Virus record (IMG/VR): IMGVR_UViG_3300037045_000088
Location: 1 to 31,021 of that record
Length of the DNA: 31,021 nt
Direction: 5' to 3' (one strand)
Source of the DNA: a virus
Lineage: Duplodnaviria; Caudoviricetes
A program made the translations under genes and the position numbers. This document shows positions 1 through 7,637 of this stretch, piece after piece (positions within the stretch are counted from its first letter, which is position 1; every line of letters begins with the position of its first letter). The notes beneath the pieces were generated by a model. That model made no database searches and was not told the DNA's origin. It saw only the letters and a list, made by a program, of their open reading frames with translations.

Positions 1-1004
1 ATTGTCATTTCACTAGTTCCCATTTCTAATTGTGCAGATATAAATGTATGTCTGAATCCATGAGGTTTAATATGTTTGTTTCCAGAAAGTTCAAGCAATT
101 GTTTGTACTTTCTGTGAATTGTTGAATATGATTTATTGAATATAAAATCAGTCGGCAATTTATTATCTATTATATTTAGAATTGCTTTAAAAGTTATATC
201 AGGAAGTTTAAATGATTTTTCACGACCTTCTTTTGTTGTACCGATGTACTTGCCATTTCTGCCTCTGGTTACATTTTCATTTACTAGTAATACTTGGGTT
301 AGGGTATCAAGTTTTTCAACAGTAATAGCCCTAATTTCACCTATTCTAAGACCGGTTGAACCAAGAGTAAGAAACAATGCGTAAAAAAAGTCATCAACTT
401 CGACAAAATTTAAAAAATGAAGCAATTCATCTAAAGTCCAAAAGTCATTTCTAGTTAGTGCTGTTCTTCTGGCAATATTTTTATTTCTTTTAAAGTTTTC
501 AGCTCTAATACAAGGGTTATCTCTTAATCCATAAATTATAATAGCTCTTTTAAATACATTATTTAAGACATTAAACATGCTTTGCAGGTGTTTAATTGAA
601 TATGTAACATCTTGTTTTAAAACCTTGTTATAATAGGTTTCTTTTAACTTAATTTTTTTCCAGTCTTCAATATCCTTTATAGTAATCTTAAATGTATCCT
701 TATCACCAAAAAAAGGTAGTATGTGTTTATCCAGCATATTGTCTAATTCTACTAATGAACTCTCTGCATTTTCTTGTTCTTTCTTTTCTCTATAGTCTTC
801 AGCAACTAAAGAAAATAAGATCTTTTGTTTTATAATTTTCTTGCTTAGATCATAATTTCTAATAAATTCCATTTTAGCCTTATTAGCTTTAGAATCAGAA
901 TCGAATCCTCTCTTTTTAAGCTGTTTACCATCTAGCCATATTCGGAACATCCATTTATTAGTTTTTTCGTCTAAATAGACATTGTCATATTTTTCGCTTT
1001 TCAC
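1..1004 (-). CDS. int: Tyrosine integrase, N-terminal 334 codons (runs off window start; absent from ORF track)
   Basis: GTG at 1004 after AGAAAGGTGG RBS; N-term KSEKYDNVYLDEKTNKWMFRIWLDGKQLKKRGF (arm-binding type); TGLRIGE (catalytic Arg) and PHGFRHT (HxxR). Confidence 0.95.
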   Translation of the reverse strand, partial: MKSEKYDNVYLDEKTNKWMFRIWLDGKQLKKRGFDSDSKANKAKMEFIRNYDLSKKIIKQKILFSLVAEDYREKKEQENAESSLVELDNMLDKHILPFFGDKDTFKITIKDIEDWKKIKLKETYYNKVLKQDVTYSIKHLQSMFNVLNNVFKRAIIIYGLRDNPCIRAENFKRNKNIARRTALTRNDFWTLDELLHFLNFVEVDDFFYALFLTLGSTGLRIGEIRAITVEKLDTLTQVLLVNENVTRGRNGKYIGTTKEGREKSFKLPDITFKAILNIIDNKLPTDFIFNKSYSTIHRKYKQLLELSGNKHIKPHGFRHTFISAQLEMGTSEMT

Positions 1005-1038
1005 TTGATTTACACCACCTTTCTGATATGATAAGATA

Positions 1039-1112
1039 TAAACGTCCCTTGTGAAGCAGGGACTTTGATTCATGAGAACCCTGATTGCTTGCCGGCGGAG
1101 GGGTTCTTTTTT
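1039..1112 (+). ncRNA. Candidate antisense sRNA upstream of integrase
   Basis: TTGATT(1005)-16bp-TATGAT(1027, TG-extended); hairpins GTCCCT/AGGGAC 1044-1063 and AGAACCC/GGGTTCT 1075-1107 plus T-run. Confidence 0.45.
1075..1112 (+). terminator. Intrinsic terminator-like hairpin
   Basis: AGAACCCT...GGGGTTCT followed by T-run on + strand. Confidence 0.65.
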
Positions 1113-1119
1113 AATAATT

Positions 1120-2136
1120 TTATTTATGATTAAAAATCTTTTCCATAAAGTCATTTTTTCTAGGATTTGGTGAAATTTTATTGTTAAGTATTAAAATACT
1201 TTCGATTATTGCCCAAATCCATGAAACGATAGCTAAAAAACCACAACTTAAGACGGAAATTAATAGTTGAATAAAACCTTTTAAATAATATCCGTATTTA
1301 AAATTATGAAGACCGAGCCAACCTAAAGTAAAACCCCAAATAGATACATTAATTCTTTCTAATCTTTCTAGCTCCTCAACAGGAATTTCACGTCCAGTAA
1401 TAATTTGTTTTTTAATTGGTATATTTATATTGGATTTAGTATTAATTGTTGGTTCAGGATCAATTTTTACATTTTCAACCTCTAAATTATCTTTATTGTT
1501 TAGAGGGACGTCAAGATCTGAATTAGTAGCTTCATTAATGATTTCTCCAAAAGTTATAACAGGTATAGTTCTTGAAGTCTTTGTTTTACTTGGTTCTATA
1601 TTATAATTATTTTCATCTTGTAATCTTAAAAACAATTCTCCTGTAGCTTGAGCATCACATATAGCTGAGTGAAAACGCTCAGGTTTAATTTCATAGTGTT
1701 TGCATAATGTTTCTAGTTTATTATTTTGAACATTTAATTTTAATTTTCTAGCAATTTTGAGAGTGCAATGTTTTTTATTATTTAATTTATGAATAGGTTC
1801 ACCTGTTTCTTTACAGAGAGGATTATGGAATTCAAGAAAACCCCAATCAAAGTCCATATTATGAGCAACTAAAATATCATCACCGATAAACTCAATCATT
1901 TTATTGTAAGCTTCATCTTTGTGAATACCCTTTTCTTTTAAAATTTCTTCAGTTATTCCCGTAACCTTCTTTATTACATCAGGTAGTTTTCCTTGATATT
2001 TAGCATATTGTTGAAATGTATCTACAGGTTTACCATCGCGATATCTTACTGCTCCAAATTCAATTATTCTATTGTTTGGATAGAATCCCGTTGTTTCTAA
2101 ATCAATAACCGTAAAATCTTTAATTTCTTTTTTCAT
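1120..2136 (-). CDS. DEDDh (DnaQ-like) 3'-5' exonuclease fused to C-terminal TM2-type membrane domain
   Basis: VIDLETTG (D12,E14), AHNMDFD (D97), HSAICDA (H156,D161); ~90 aa polar linker; aa ~262-317 GFTLGWLGLHNFKYGYYLKGFIQLLISVLSCG..WIWAIIESILIL fits TM2 pattern. Confidence 0.88.
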   Translation of the reverse strand: MKKEIKDFTVIDLETTGFYPNNRIIEFGAVRYRDGKPVDTFQQYAKYQGKLPDVIKKVTGITEEILKEKGIHKDEAYNKMIEFIGDDILVAHNMDFDWGFLEFHNPLCKETGEPIHKLNNKKHCTLKIARKLKLNVQNNKLETLCKHYEIKPERFHSAICDAQATGELFLRLQDENNYNIEPSKTKTSRTIPVITFGEIINEATNSDLDVPLNNKDNLEVENVKIDPEPTINTKSNINIPIKKQIITGREIPVEELERLERINVSIWGFTLGWLGLHNFKYGYYLKGFIQLLISVLSCGFLAIVSWIWAIIESILILNNKISPNPRKNDFMEKIFNHK

Positions 2137-2147
2137 GGCAACTCTCC

Positions 2148-2432
2148 TTATATAAGTTCTTTAATAGATAAAAGTTTATCCGTTTGAAAATCTCTGTTGT
2201 AAATGTGTTTCAATTCATGTTTTAAAGTCTTGATCATTGTTCTAACGCTTAAATCATTATTTAAATATATGACATATCCTAAATCATTTTGATTTTTCAT
2301 TGTGAACCCTTTGCATCCTCCTGGAAGGCTTGTTTCAACAACAGAGCAATCATATTCTGCCAATAAGTGATAATAGTCTTCTATTGATATTCCGTTTATT
2401 ATTTTTTCGATAAAATTATTCAAAATAATCAC
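2148..2432 (-). CDS. ImmA/IrrE-like metallopeptidase (short form)
   Basis: KGFT..YVIYLNNDLS..TLKHELKH (HExxH), directly downstream of repressor. Confidence 0.75.
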   Translation of the reverse strand: MIILNNFIEKIINGISIEDYYHLLAEYDCSVVETSLPGGCKGFTMKNQNDLGYVIYLNNDLSVRTMIKTLKHELKHIYNRDFQTDKLLSIKELI

Positions 2433-2495
2433 TCCAATTATAAGTAGTGTTCTTATTATATATTTTTAAATGAGTGATAATTTGGACTTTAAATT

Positions 2496-2903
2496 TTAGC
2501 ATCCATCATCATGATTTGGTGGAAGAGTTGCCTTTAAAATTCTTACTATTCTTTCCTTATCCTCTTTTGAAAGTTTGCCTGTTTTTTTGAACAACATTTT
2601 TAAATCTCGATCATCGTTTAACATTTCTAATATTTCCAACGCATCATCGTCCCACTCTTGGATAGGCTCATGTGAATCCTTACTAGAATTAGGAGGGAAA
2701 AAACATTCTACTTGAACTCCAAAAATTTCAGCTAATTCATATAGAAGTGCCCTTTTAGGTTCTCTTTTACCTTTTTCGTATTGTGTAATCGCTGCATCAG
2801 ATAGCCCAAGCAAATGTCCTAATTCTTTTTGAGTATAACCTTTTTCAAGTCGCAATTCTTTTAGCTTGCTAGCGAAAAATTGACTTAATTCTTTTTCTTC
2901 CAT
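2496..2903 (-). CDS. cI: XRE-family HTH immunity repressor (cI/ImmR-like, no S24 autopeptidase domain)
   Basis: LKELRLEKGYTQKELGHLLGLSDAAITQYEKGKREP; divergent from cro; AGGAGGTGA RBS. Confidence 0.9.
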   Translation of the reverse strand: MEEKELSQFFASKLKELRLEKGYTQKELGHLLGLSDAAITQYEKGKREPKRALLYELAEIFGVQVECFFPPNSSKDSHEPIQEWDDDALEILEMLNDDRDLKMLFKKTGKLSKEDKERIVRILKATLPPNHDDGC

Positions 2904-2925
2904 GATTCACCTCCTGATTGATATC

Positions 2926-2954
2926 AGTATATAAGAAAACTAACTAAATGTAAA
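2926..2954 (-). promoter_or_regulatory. Leftward (lysogenic) promoter
   Basis: TTTACA-17bp-TATACT on minus strand; overlaps degenerate operator 2940-2954. Confidence 0.7.
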
Positions 2955-2983
2955 TAAATATTTATATTTGTTAATTTTTGTTA

Positions 2984-3012
2984 TTGACAACTAACATAAA
3001 GTTAGATATTAT
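2984..3012 (+). promoter_or_regulatory. Rightward (lytic) promoter
   Basis: TTGACA(2984)-17bp-TATTAT(3007). Confidence 0.8.
2991..3005. promoter_or_regulatory. Operator CTAAC-N5-GTTAG in promoter spacer
   Basis: CTAACATAAAGTTAG. Confidence 0.8.
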
Positions 3013-3016
3013 TATA

Positions 3017-3031
3017 CTAACATAACGTTAG
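3017..3031. promoter_or_regulatory. Operator abutting cro RBS
   Basis: CTAACATAACGTTAG. Confidence 0.8.
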
Positions 3032-3045
3032 GAGGTGATTTGGTG

Positions 3046-3240
3046 ATGGGAATTCAACATAAATTAATTGAATTAAGAAGAGAAAAGGGATTAACACAAG
3101 ATGATATGGCTAAGCTTCTTAATTTAAGTAGAGTTGGTTATTCTTTGAAGGAAACTGGTAAAAACGATTTTAAACATTCTGAAATGAATAAAATTTCAAA
3201 GTTTTTTAAGCTTGAGGTTGGTAAAATTTTTTTAAGTTAA
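3046..3240 (+). CDS. cro: Cro-like XRE HTH regulator
   Basis: LIELRREKGLTQDDMAKLLNLSRVGYSLKETGKNDF; AGGAGGTG RBS favours start 3043/3046. Confidence 0.88.
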   Translation: MGIQHKLIELRREKGLTQDDMAKLLNLSRVGYSLKETGKNDFKHSEMNKISKFFKLEVGKIFLS

Positions 3241-3243
3241 AAA

Positions 3244-3258
3244 CTAACATAATGTTAG
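3244..3258. promoter_or_regulatory. Operator downstream of cro
   Basis: CTAACATAATGTTAG. Confidence 0.78.
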
Positions 3259-3288
3259 AATTATTTAATAATGAACAAGGAGAAGTAG

Positions 3289-3402
3289 ATGGGAATCTTT
3301 AAAAAAGTAATTAAACGTGACAAAGAATATTTTCAAGGCTGGCTACAAGGGTTTTTTATAGGTGTTTCAATAACGATTAGCATATTCGCTTTTTTGAAAT
3401 AG
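3289..3402 (+). CDS. Small membrane peptide, 37 aa
   Basis: AAGGAG RBS; MGIFKKVIKRDKEYFQGWLQGFFIGVSITISIFAFLK. Confidence 0.65.
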   Translation: MGIFKKVIKRDKEYFQGWLQGFFIGVSITISIFAFLK

Positions 3403-3405
3403 TAG

Positions 3406-3774
3406 TTATTTCTGCTTATATATCAAGATCGGAATAACTATAGCAGCAATTGCGATAATTGCTTTGATTAAAAAACTAGATAAATTGATTAACATATCAG
3501 TGCGTTCTTTGTTTTTTTGATAATTGTAATCTTCTATGGTGGCAAAACCTTTAGGGGTTAAGTTATATCCAGCAATGTCTAAGAAGAAATAAGTATTAAT
3601 ATTTTTCATTTCACCGTGAGGTTCCAGGAATCCATTTAATTCTAATTTATTTACCCTGTGAGCCAAAGATGCATTTTTAGGATCACTTATATCAAAACCA
3701 TTTAAATTAAAATCAGGGTTTTTCTTAATGAATGTAAGTGTATCGATATAAAGTTTATTAAATTCAATTTCCAT
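3406..3774 (-). CDS. Counter-oriented moron; possible winged-helix-like domain with C-terminal TM anchor
   Basis: Own TGTTATAAT (3801-3793) and GAGGTG RBS; LELNGFL..YNLTPKG; hydrophobic C-term. Confidence 0.75.
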   Translation of the reverse strand: MEIEFNKLYIDTLTFIKKNPDFNLNGFDISDPKNASLAHRVNKLELNGFLEPHGEMKNINTYFFLDIAGYNLTPKGFATIEDYNYQKNKERTDMLINLSSFLIKAIIAIAAIVIPILIYKQK

Positions 3775-3830
3775 AATATCACCTCGTAATAAATTATAAC
3801 AAATATATCACAGAATAGAAGGGAGAGACA

Positions 3831-4016
3831 ATGAAAGAAATAAAACTAACAATAAACCGAGAAGGTGAAAAGGAAAAACTTAAATCGTTAGTATGTTATG
3901 AGAGCACACATGATCTATTAAAACAGCTTAAGGAAGAGACTGGTAAATCAATGACTGAAATTATGCATTTAAGCTTATTGTTTGCTATAGAACATATGGA
4001 AATAGTAGAGGAATAG
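3831..4016 (+). CDS. Ribbon-helix-helix-like DNA-binding protein
   Basis: KSLVCYESTHDLLKQLKEETGKSMTEIMHLSLLFAI pattern. Confidence 0.55.
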   Translation: MKEIKLTINREGEKEKLKSLVCYESTHDLLKQLKEETGKSMTEIMHLSLLFAIEHMEIVEE

Positions 4017-4030
4017 AAAGGAGAAAAAGG

Positions 4031-4252
4031 ATGGAAAAGATAAAAATTGATTTAGAAGTTGATACTTTAAATATTGATGAACTAATTCAAAAAGCCGAAA
4101 AACTAAAAAATCTTTTACTTGAAGTTAATCAGTTATTCGACTCTTTAAAAACTAACCAAGATAGTAAGAATTTAAATAGACTTCCAAAAGTTATATTTGA
4201 TTCTGAAGGTCTTAAAGTTAAATTCCCTAAAAAAATAGAAATAAAAATCTAA
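4031..4252 (+). CDS. Hypothetical protein
   Basis: AAAGGAG RBS; converges on 4249-4515 with 4-nt overlap. Confidence 0.65.
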   Translation: MEKIKIDLEVDTLNIDELIQKAEKLKNLLLEVNQLFDSLKTNQDSKNLNRLPKVIFDSEGLKVKFPKKIEIKI

Positions 4253-4515
4253 ATTTCTTCTGGTGAGTAAGGTTCAGCTATTAATAGTTCTCCATTTTCA
4301 CCTTTAACAATAACCCAATTTGTTGTTAGTACCAATTTCCCTGAAGTTACATCTGTATTCATAATTAGCCCAGATGGATATTCAGTTTTAGCAACTATGC
4401 GATCTGAGGTTTGTTGAGCTTCTTTTAAAACCTGCTTCATATCAAGTTTTTCAGTAATTTTCGGGAATATGTTAACTTTCATTTCTTCGGTTATAACATA
4501 AGTTCTTAATTTCAT
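4249..4515 (-). CDS. Counter-oriented moron, hypothetical 88 aa
   Basis: Own TGTTATAAT (4548-4540) and AAAGGAGGTGA RBS. Confidence 0.8.
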   Translation of the reverse strand: MKLRTYVITEEMKVNIFPKITEKLDMKQVLKEAQQTSDRIVAKTEYPSGLIMNTDVTSGKLVLTTNWVIVKGENGELLIAEPYSPEEI

Positions 4516-4592
4516 ATAATCACCTCCTTTCTTAAGGTGATTATAACATATCGATTACACAATATATATTTTATTAAGAAAGGAAAAAGTTA

Positions 4593-5309
4593 ATGGAATT
4601 ACAAGTATTTGAAAATAAAGGATTAGTGCCAATTTATCAATCGAATGAAGAAAAATTAGTAAGTGCTAGAGAAATACACGAATTTTTAGGAAGTGGTTAC
4701 AAGTTTACAGATTGGATACAAGAAAAAATAGAAAAATACGGATTTGAAGAAGATGCAGATTATTATTTGCTTCAGAATTTTCCGAAGCAAACAGGTAGAG
4801 GGGGACACAATAAAAAAGAATATTTACTAACTATTGATACAGCTAAAGAAATTGCGATGGTAGAAAACAATGATCAAGGTCGAAAAGTAAGAAAGTACTT
4901 TATTGAAGTTGAAAAGAAAGCCAGGCAGATATACTCGGTTCCTAAGAGTTTTTCCGAGGCTTTATACTTAGCATCTGAGCTTCAAAAGAAAATAGACAAT
5001 GATAGACCAAAAGTTATATTTGCTGATGCAGTAGAAGCATCACATACTAGCATATTAATTGGTGAACTTGCAAAGATGCTAAATCAAAATGGTGTGAATA
5101 TAGGTCAATTCAGACTATTTCAATGGATGAGAGAAAACGGATACCTTATGAGAAATAAAAATATTCCAACTCAAAAATCTATGGATCTTAAACTGATGGA
5201 AATAAAAGAAAGAACAATTAATAATCCTAATGGATCCATAAGGATAACCCAGACGGTAAAAGTTACTGGAAAAGGTCAACAGTATTTTATTAATAAGTTT
5301 TTAAATTAG
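4593..5309 (+). CDS. Antirepressor (AntA/AntB N-term + ANT/KilAC C-term)
   Basis: VSAREIHEFLG..FTDWI..DTAKEIAMVE; RPKVIFADAV..KVTGKGQQYFINKF. Confidence 0.92.
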   Translation: MELQVFENKGLVPIYQSNEEKLVSAREIHEFLGSGYKFTDWIQEKIEKYGFEEDADYYLLQNFPKQTGRGGHNKKEYLLTIDTAKEIAMVENNDQGRKVRKYFIEVEKKARQIYSVPKSFSEALYLASELQKKIDNDRPKVIFADAVEASHTSILIGELAKMLNQNGVNIGQFRLFQWMRENGYLMRNKNIPTQKSMDLKLMEIKERTINNPNGSIRITQTVKVTGKGQQYFINKFLN

Positions 5310-5321
5310 GAGGGAATAAAA

Positions 5322-5603
5322 ATGACGGATGTTGAAATTTTGGAACAGATAAAAGAACAGATGGATATGAATTATAAAATAACAATGTCATTAATTAACC
5401 TGGCTGAAAAGAATCTTGAGACAAAACAACAAGATGATATGTTTCTTAATGCAGATGATGTGGCAAATATTTTAGGGGTAACACCTAGAAGTGCTGAAAA
5501 AATCATGCAGGAAGTTAACAAAATAATTAATCCAACTAGGAGAGCAAAGGGAAAGGTATTAAAATCATCTCTTTATAAGGTTTATGCAGGAAAGGCGGTT
5601 TAG
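5322..5603 (+). CDS. Excisionase-like HTH protein
   Basis: MFLNADDVANILGVTPRSAEKIMQEVNK..KGKVLK. Confidence 0.65.
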   Translation: MTDVEILEQIKEQMDMNYKITMSLINLAEKNLETKQQDDMFLNADDVANILGVTPRSAEKIMQEVNKIINPTRRAKGKVLKSSLYKVYAGKAV

Positions 5604-5605
5604 AT

Positions 5606-5734
5606 ATGAATAAATTAACAAACAAATTATTAAATGTTGGTATAACTTTAGAAATTGGATTAATTATATTTGTTGTTGGATCCATATATACAAACCAGGA
5701 CTGGTTAAGATATGTATTGTTAAGCTTTTTATAG
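5606..5734 (+). CDS. Small membrane peptide, 42 aa
   Basis: AAGGCGG RBS; MNKLTNKLLNVGITLEIGLIIFVVGSIYTNQDWLRYVLLSFL. Confidence 0.6.
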   Translation: MNKLTNKLLNVGITLEIGLIIFVVGSIYTNQDWLRYVLLSFL

Positions 5735-5746
5735 GGAGGTAAAGGT

Positions 5747-5893
5747 ATGCAAGCAAATAAAAAGAATCATAGAAAGCTAAGAGAAAGAATTAAGATTAAT
5801 GATTTAACTGACTTTGAGCAATGGCTTTTATCTGTAATACCACTTGTTGTATTAACAATACTGTTCTTAGTTATCTATCAAGTACTAACTTAG
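5747..5893 (+). CDS. Small membrane peptide, 48 aa
   Basis: GGAGGT RBS; basic N-term then WLLSVIPLVVLTILFLVIYQVLT. Confidence 0.7.
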   Translation: MQANKKNHRKLRERIKINDLTDFEQWLLSVIPLVVLTILFLVIYQVLT

Positions 5894-5905
5894 GAGGTGT
5901 AGCGA

Positions 5906-6115
5906 ATGGATGGTGAAAGCGATATTTATTTAAACTATATGCTTGATAATAGTGATGATTTGATTAGGAAAAAGAATGAGCTTATTAGTTTTATAGAGTA
6001 TTGGGAAAATAGGATTAAAGGAATAAAAAATTCAATTAATAAGGCTAATCGAGACATAAAAATTATAAACGAGATATTGGAAATCAGAAATAATGATTCA
6101 GGAGGTGAACAATGA
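5906..6115 (+). CDS. Hypothetical coiled-coil protein
   Basis: AGGAGGTG RBS. Confidence 0.7.
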   Translation: MDGESDIYLNYMLDNSDDLIRKKNELISFIEYWENRIKGIKNSINKANRDIKIINEILEIRNNDSGGEQ

Positions 6116-6315
6116 ACCCAAGTAAATTTCTAACAGAAAACAACAAACAAGTCTTGGAAGAATCAAAGGATCTAAATCTTATAGAAAATGTATATAAGCT
6201 CAAGAAGGATGTAAAACATGAAATTAAAGGAATTAAAAGTAGGCTTCAAAATAGATTAGACAGTTTTAGAAATAGTTTAATTGAGGAGCGAGTAGATGAA
6301 TATTTCAAAAAGTAA
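6112..6315 (+). CDS. Hypothetical protein
   Basis: GGAGGTG RBS, ATGA overlap with previous gene. Confidence 0.65.
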   Translation: MNPSKFLTENNKQVLEESKDLNLIENVYKLKKDVKHEIKGIKSRLQNRLDSFRNSLIEERVDEYFKK

Positions 6316-6424
6316 AAAAGAAAGCATATTTGAATATAGAAAAATAGCCGGGCAGCTAATAATTCAATCAAAGACACTTTCTTTTATTAATTATAACATG
6401 GATATTTCAAAGGAGAGTTTGTAA
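6296..6424 (+). CDS. Possible 42 aa ORF
   Basis: GAGGAG RBS; MNISKSKKESIFEYRKIAGQ...; fills gap to next gene. Confidence 0.4.
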   Translation: MNISKSKKESIFEYRKIAGQLIIQSKTLSFINYNMDISKESL

Positions 6425-6425
6425 A

Positions 6426-6728
6426 TTGAAAAGTGTATTTCAAGATGAAAAGGTTTGTTTTATTACAGGATCAACAGAGGGACTAGAAGAGCATCATATA
6501 CTATTTGGTCATGGAAGAAGAGATTTATCGGAAGAATATGGATACAAAGTTTGGTTAAGGTATGAGTTACATAATGATAAAAGATGTAGTGTCCATAAGA
6601 ATCCGAAGTTTGATTTAGAGCTTAAACAAATGGCACAGTTGCATTTTGAAAAACATCATGGGACCAGGGATGAATTCACTAAAATATTTGGGATGAACTA
6701 TTTTGAAAAGAAAGAGAGTAAATTATGA
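6426..6728 (+). CDS. HNH-like small nuclease (Ref-like phage protein)
   Basis: CFITG..LEEHHILFG..KVWL..LHN..SVH; C-term FTKIFGMNY. Confidence 0.6.
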   Translation: MKSVFQDEKVCFITGSTEGLEEHHILFGHGRRDLSEEYGYKVWLRYELHNDKRCSVHKNPKFDLELKQMAQLHFEKHHGTRDEFTKIFGMNYFEKKESKL

Positions 6729-7057
6729 GCCATGAACTCTATAAGGAATTATACGAGGCTAGAAAACAAGTAAAAGAAGCTTTAAGTGATGCTAAGACTT
6801 GGGCTATAGAACGAGCCAATGCAGAAAAGGTATATAGAATAGCATTAAGGCAAGAAATGTTACTAGAGCGAGAAAAAAGGACTCCTGTAACAATAATTCA
6901 AGATATATGTAAAGGTAAAGATTCAATAGCAGATTTAAGGTTTAAGAGGGACTGTGCAGAGGCCTTATATAAAACTGCAATGGAAGCTATAAACGTTTAT
7001 AAGAAGGATATTCAAACAATATCAGAAGAAATACAAAGAGAGTGGGGAAAAAGTTAA
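6725..7057 (+). CDS. Helical phage protein of the recombination region
   Basis: AEKVYRIAL..PVTIIQDICKG..LRFKRDCAE..IQREW; precedes ssb. Confidence 0.7.
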   Translation: MSHELYKELYEARKQVKEALSDAKTWAIERANAEKVYRIALRQEMLLEREKRTPVTIIQDICKGKDSIADLRFKRDCAEALYKTAMEAINVYKKDIQTISEEIQREWGKS

Positions 7058-7458
7058 TGTATAACAAAGTAACATTGGTCGGAAGACTTACAAGAGATCC
7101 TGAATCAAGAACAACATCTTCAGGAAAGCAGGTGGCAAATATAACACTGGCTGTTGATAGAGGTTTTAAGGATAAAGATTCAAATGAAAGTAAGGCAGAT
7201 TTTATCAGGGTTAATATCTGGGAAAAACAAGCTGAGTTGGCAATGAAATATTTAACAAAAGGACAACTAATCTTAATCGAAGGTAGTTTAAGAACTGGTA
7301 GCTATGAAAAAGAGGGACAAAAGTATTATACGACAGATATAACATCGAGCAAAATTATATTTCTAGGAAAATCTAAAAGAGCTGATGATGAACTAGGCGT
7401 TAATGATGTTGTAGAAGATGTATTTTTTCCAACAGTGGAAGATGATGTTCCATTTTAG
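7057..7458 (+). CDS. ssb: Single-stranded DNA-binding protein
   Basis: NKVTLVGRLTRDPE..; acidic DDVPF tail; TAATG coupling. Confidence 0.96.
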   Translation: MYNKVTLVGRLTRDPESRTTSSGKQVANITLAVDRGFKDKDSNESKADFIRVNIWEKQAELAMKYLTKGQLILIEGSLRTGSYEKEGQKYYTTDITSSKIIFLGKSKRADDELGVNDVVEDVFFPTVEDDVPF

Positions 7459-7469
7459 TGGTGTAGAAT

Positions 7470-7637
7470 ATGAAGTTTAAATTTGAAATAGATAAGCCTG
7501 GGCGCAGTTGCGATGGATGTTTCTTTTTAGTTATGCCTAGCATATTAAATAATGACTACATATGCGATCTATCTAAAACACGAGCTTTAACAACTGTAAA
7601 ACTAAAAGAGAAATGTAAATTGAAAGAGGTGATCTAG
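7470..7637 (+). CDS. Small Cys-containing (possible Zn-binding) protein, 55 aa
   Basis: CDGC..C..C; abuts next gene (TAGATG). Confidence 0.65.
   Translation: MKFKFEIDKPGRSCDGCFFLVMPSILNNDYICDLSKTRALTTVKLKEKCKLKEVI

Noticed and set aside
136-384. 82 aa + strand ORF
   Set aside because: Antisense shadow of the integrase catalytic domain.
2440-2455. Possible LexA (Cheo) box upstream of immA
   Set aside because: Only one GAAC half-site; the other half does not match GTTC.
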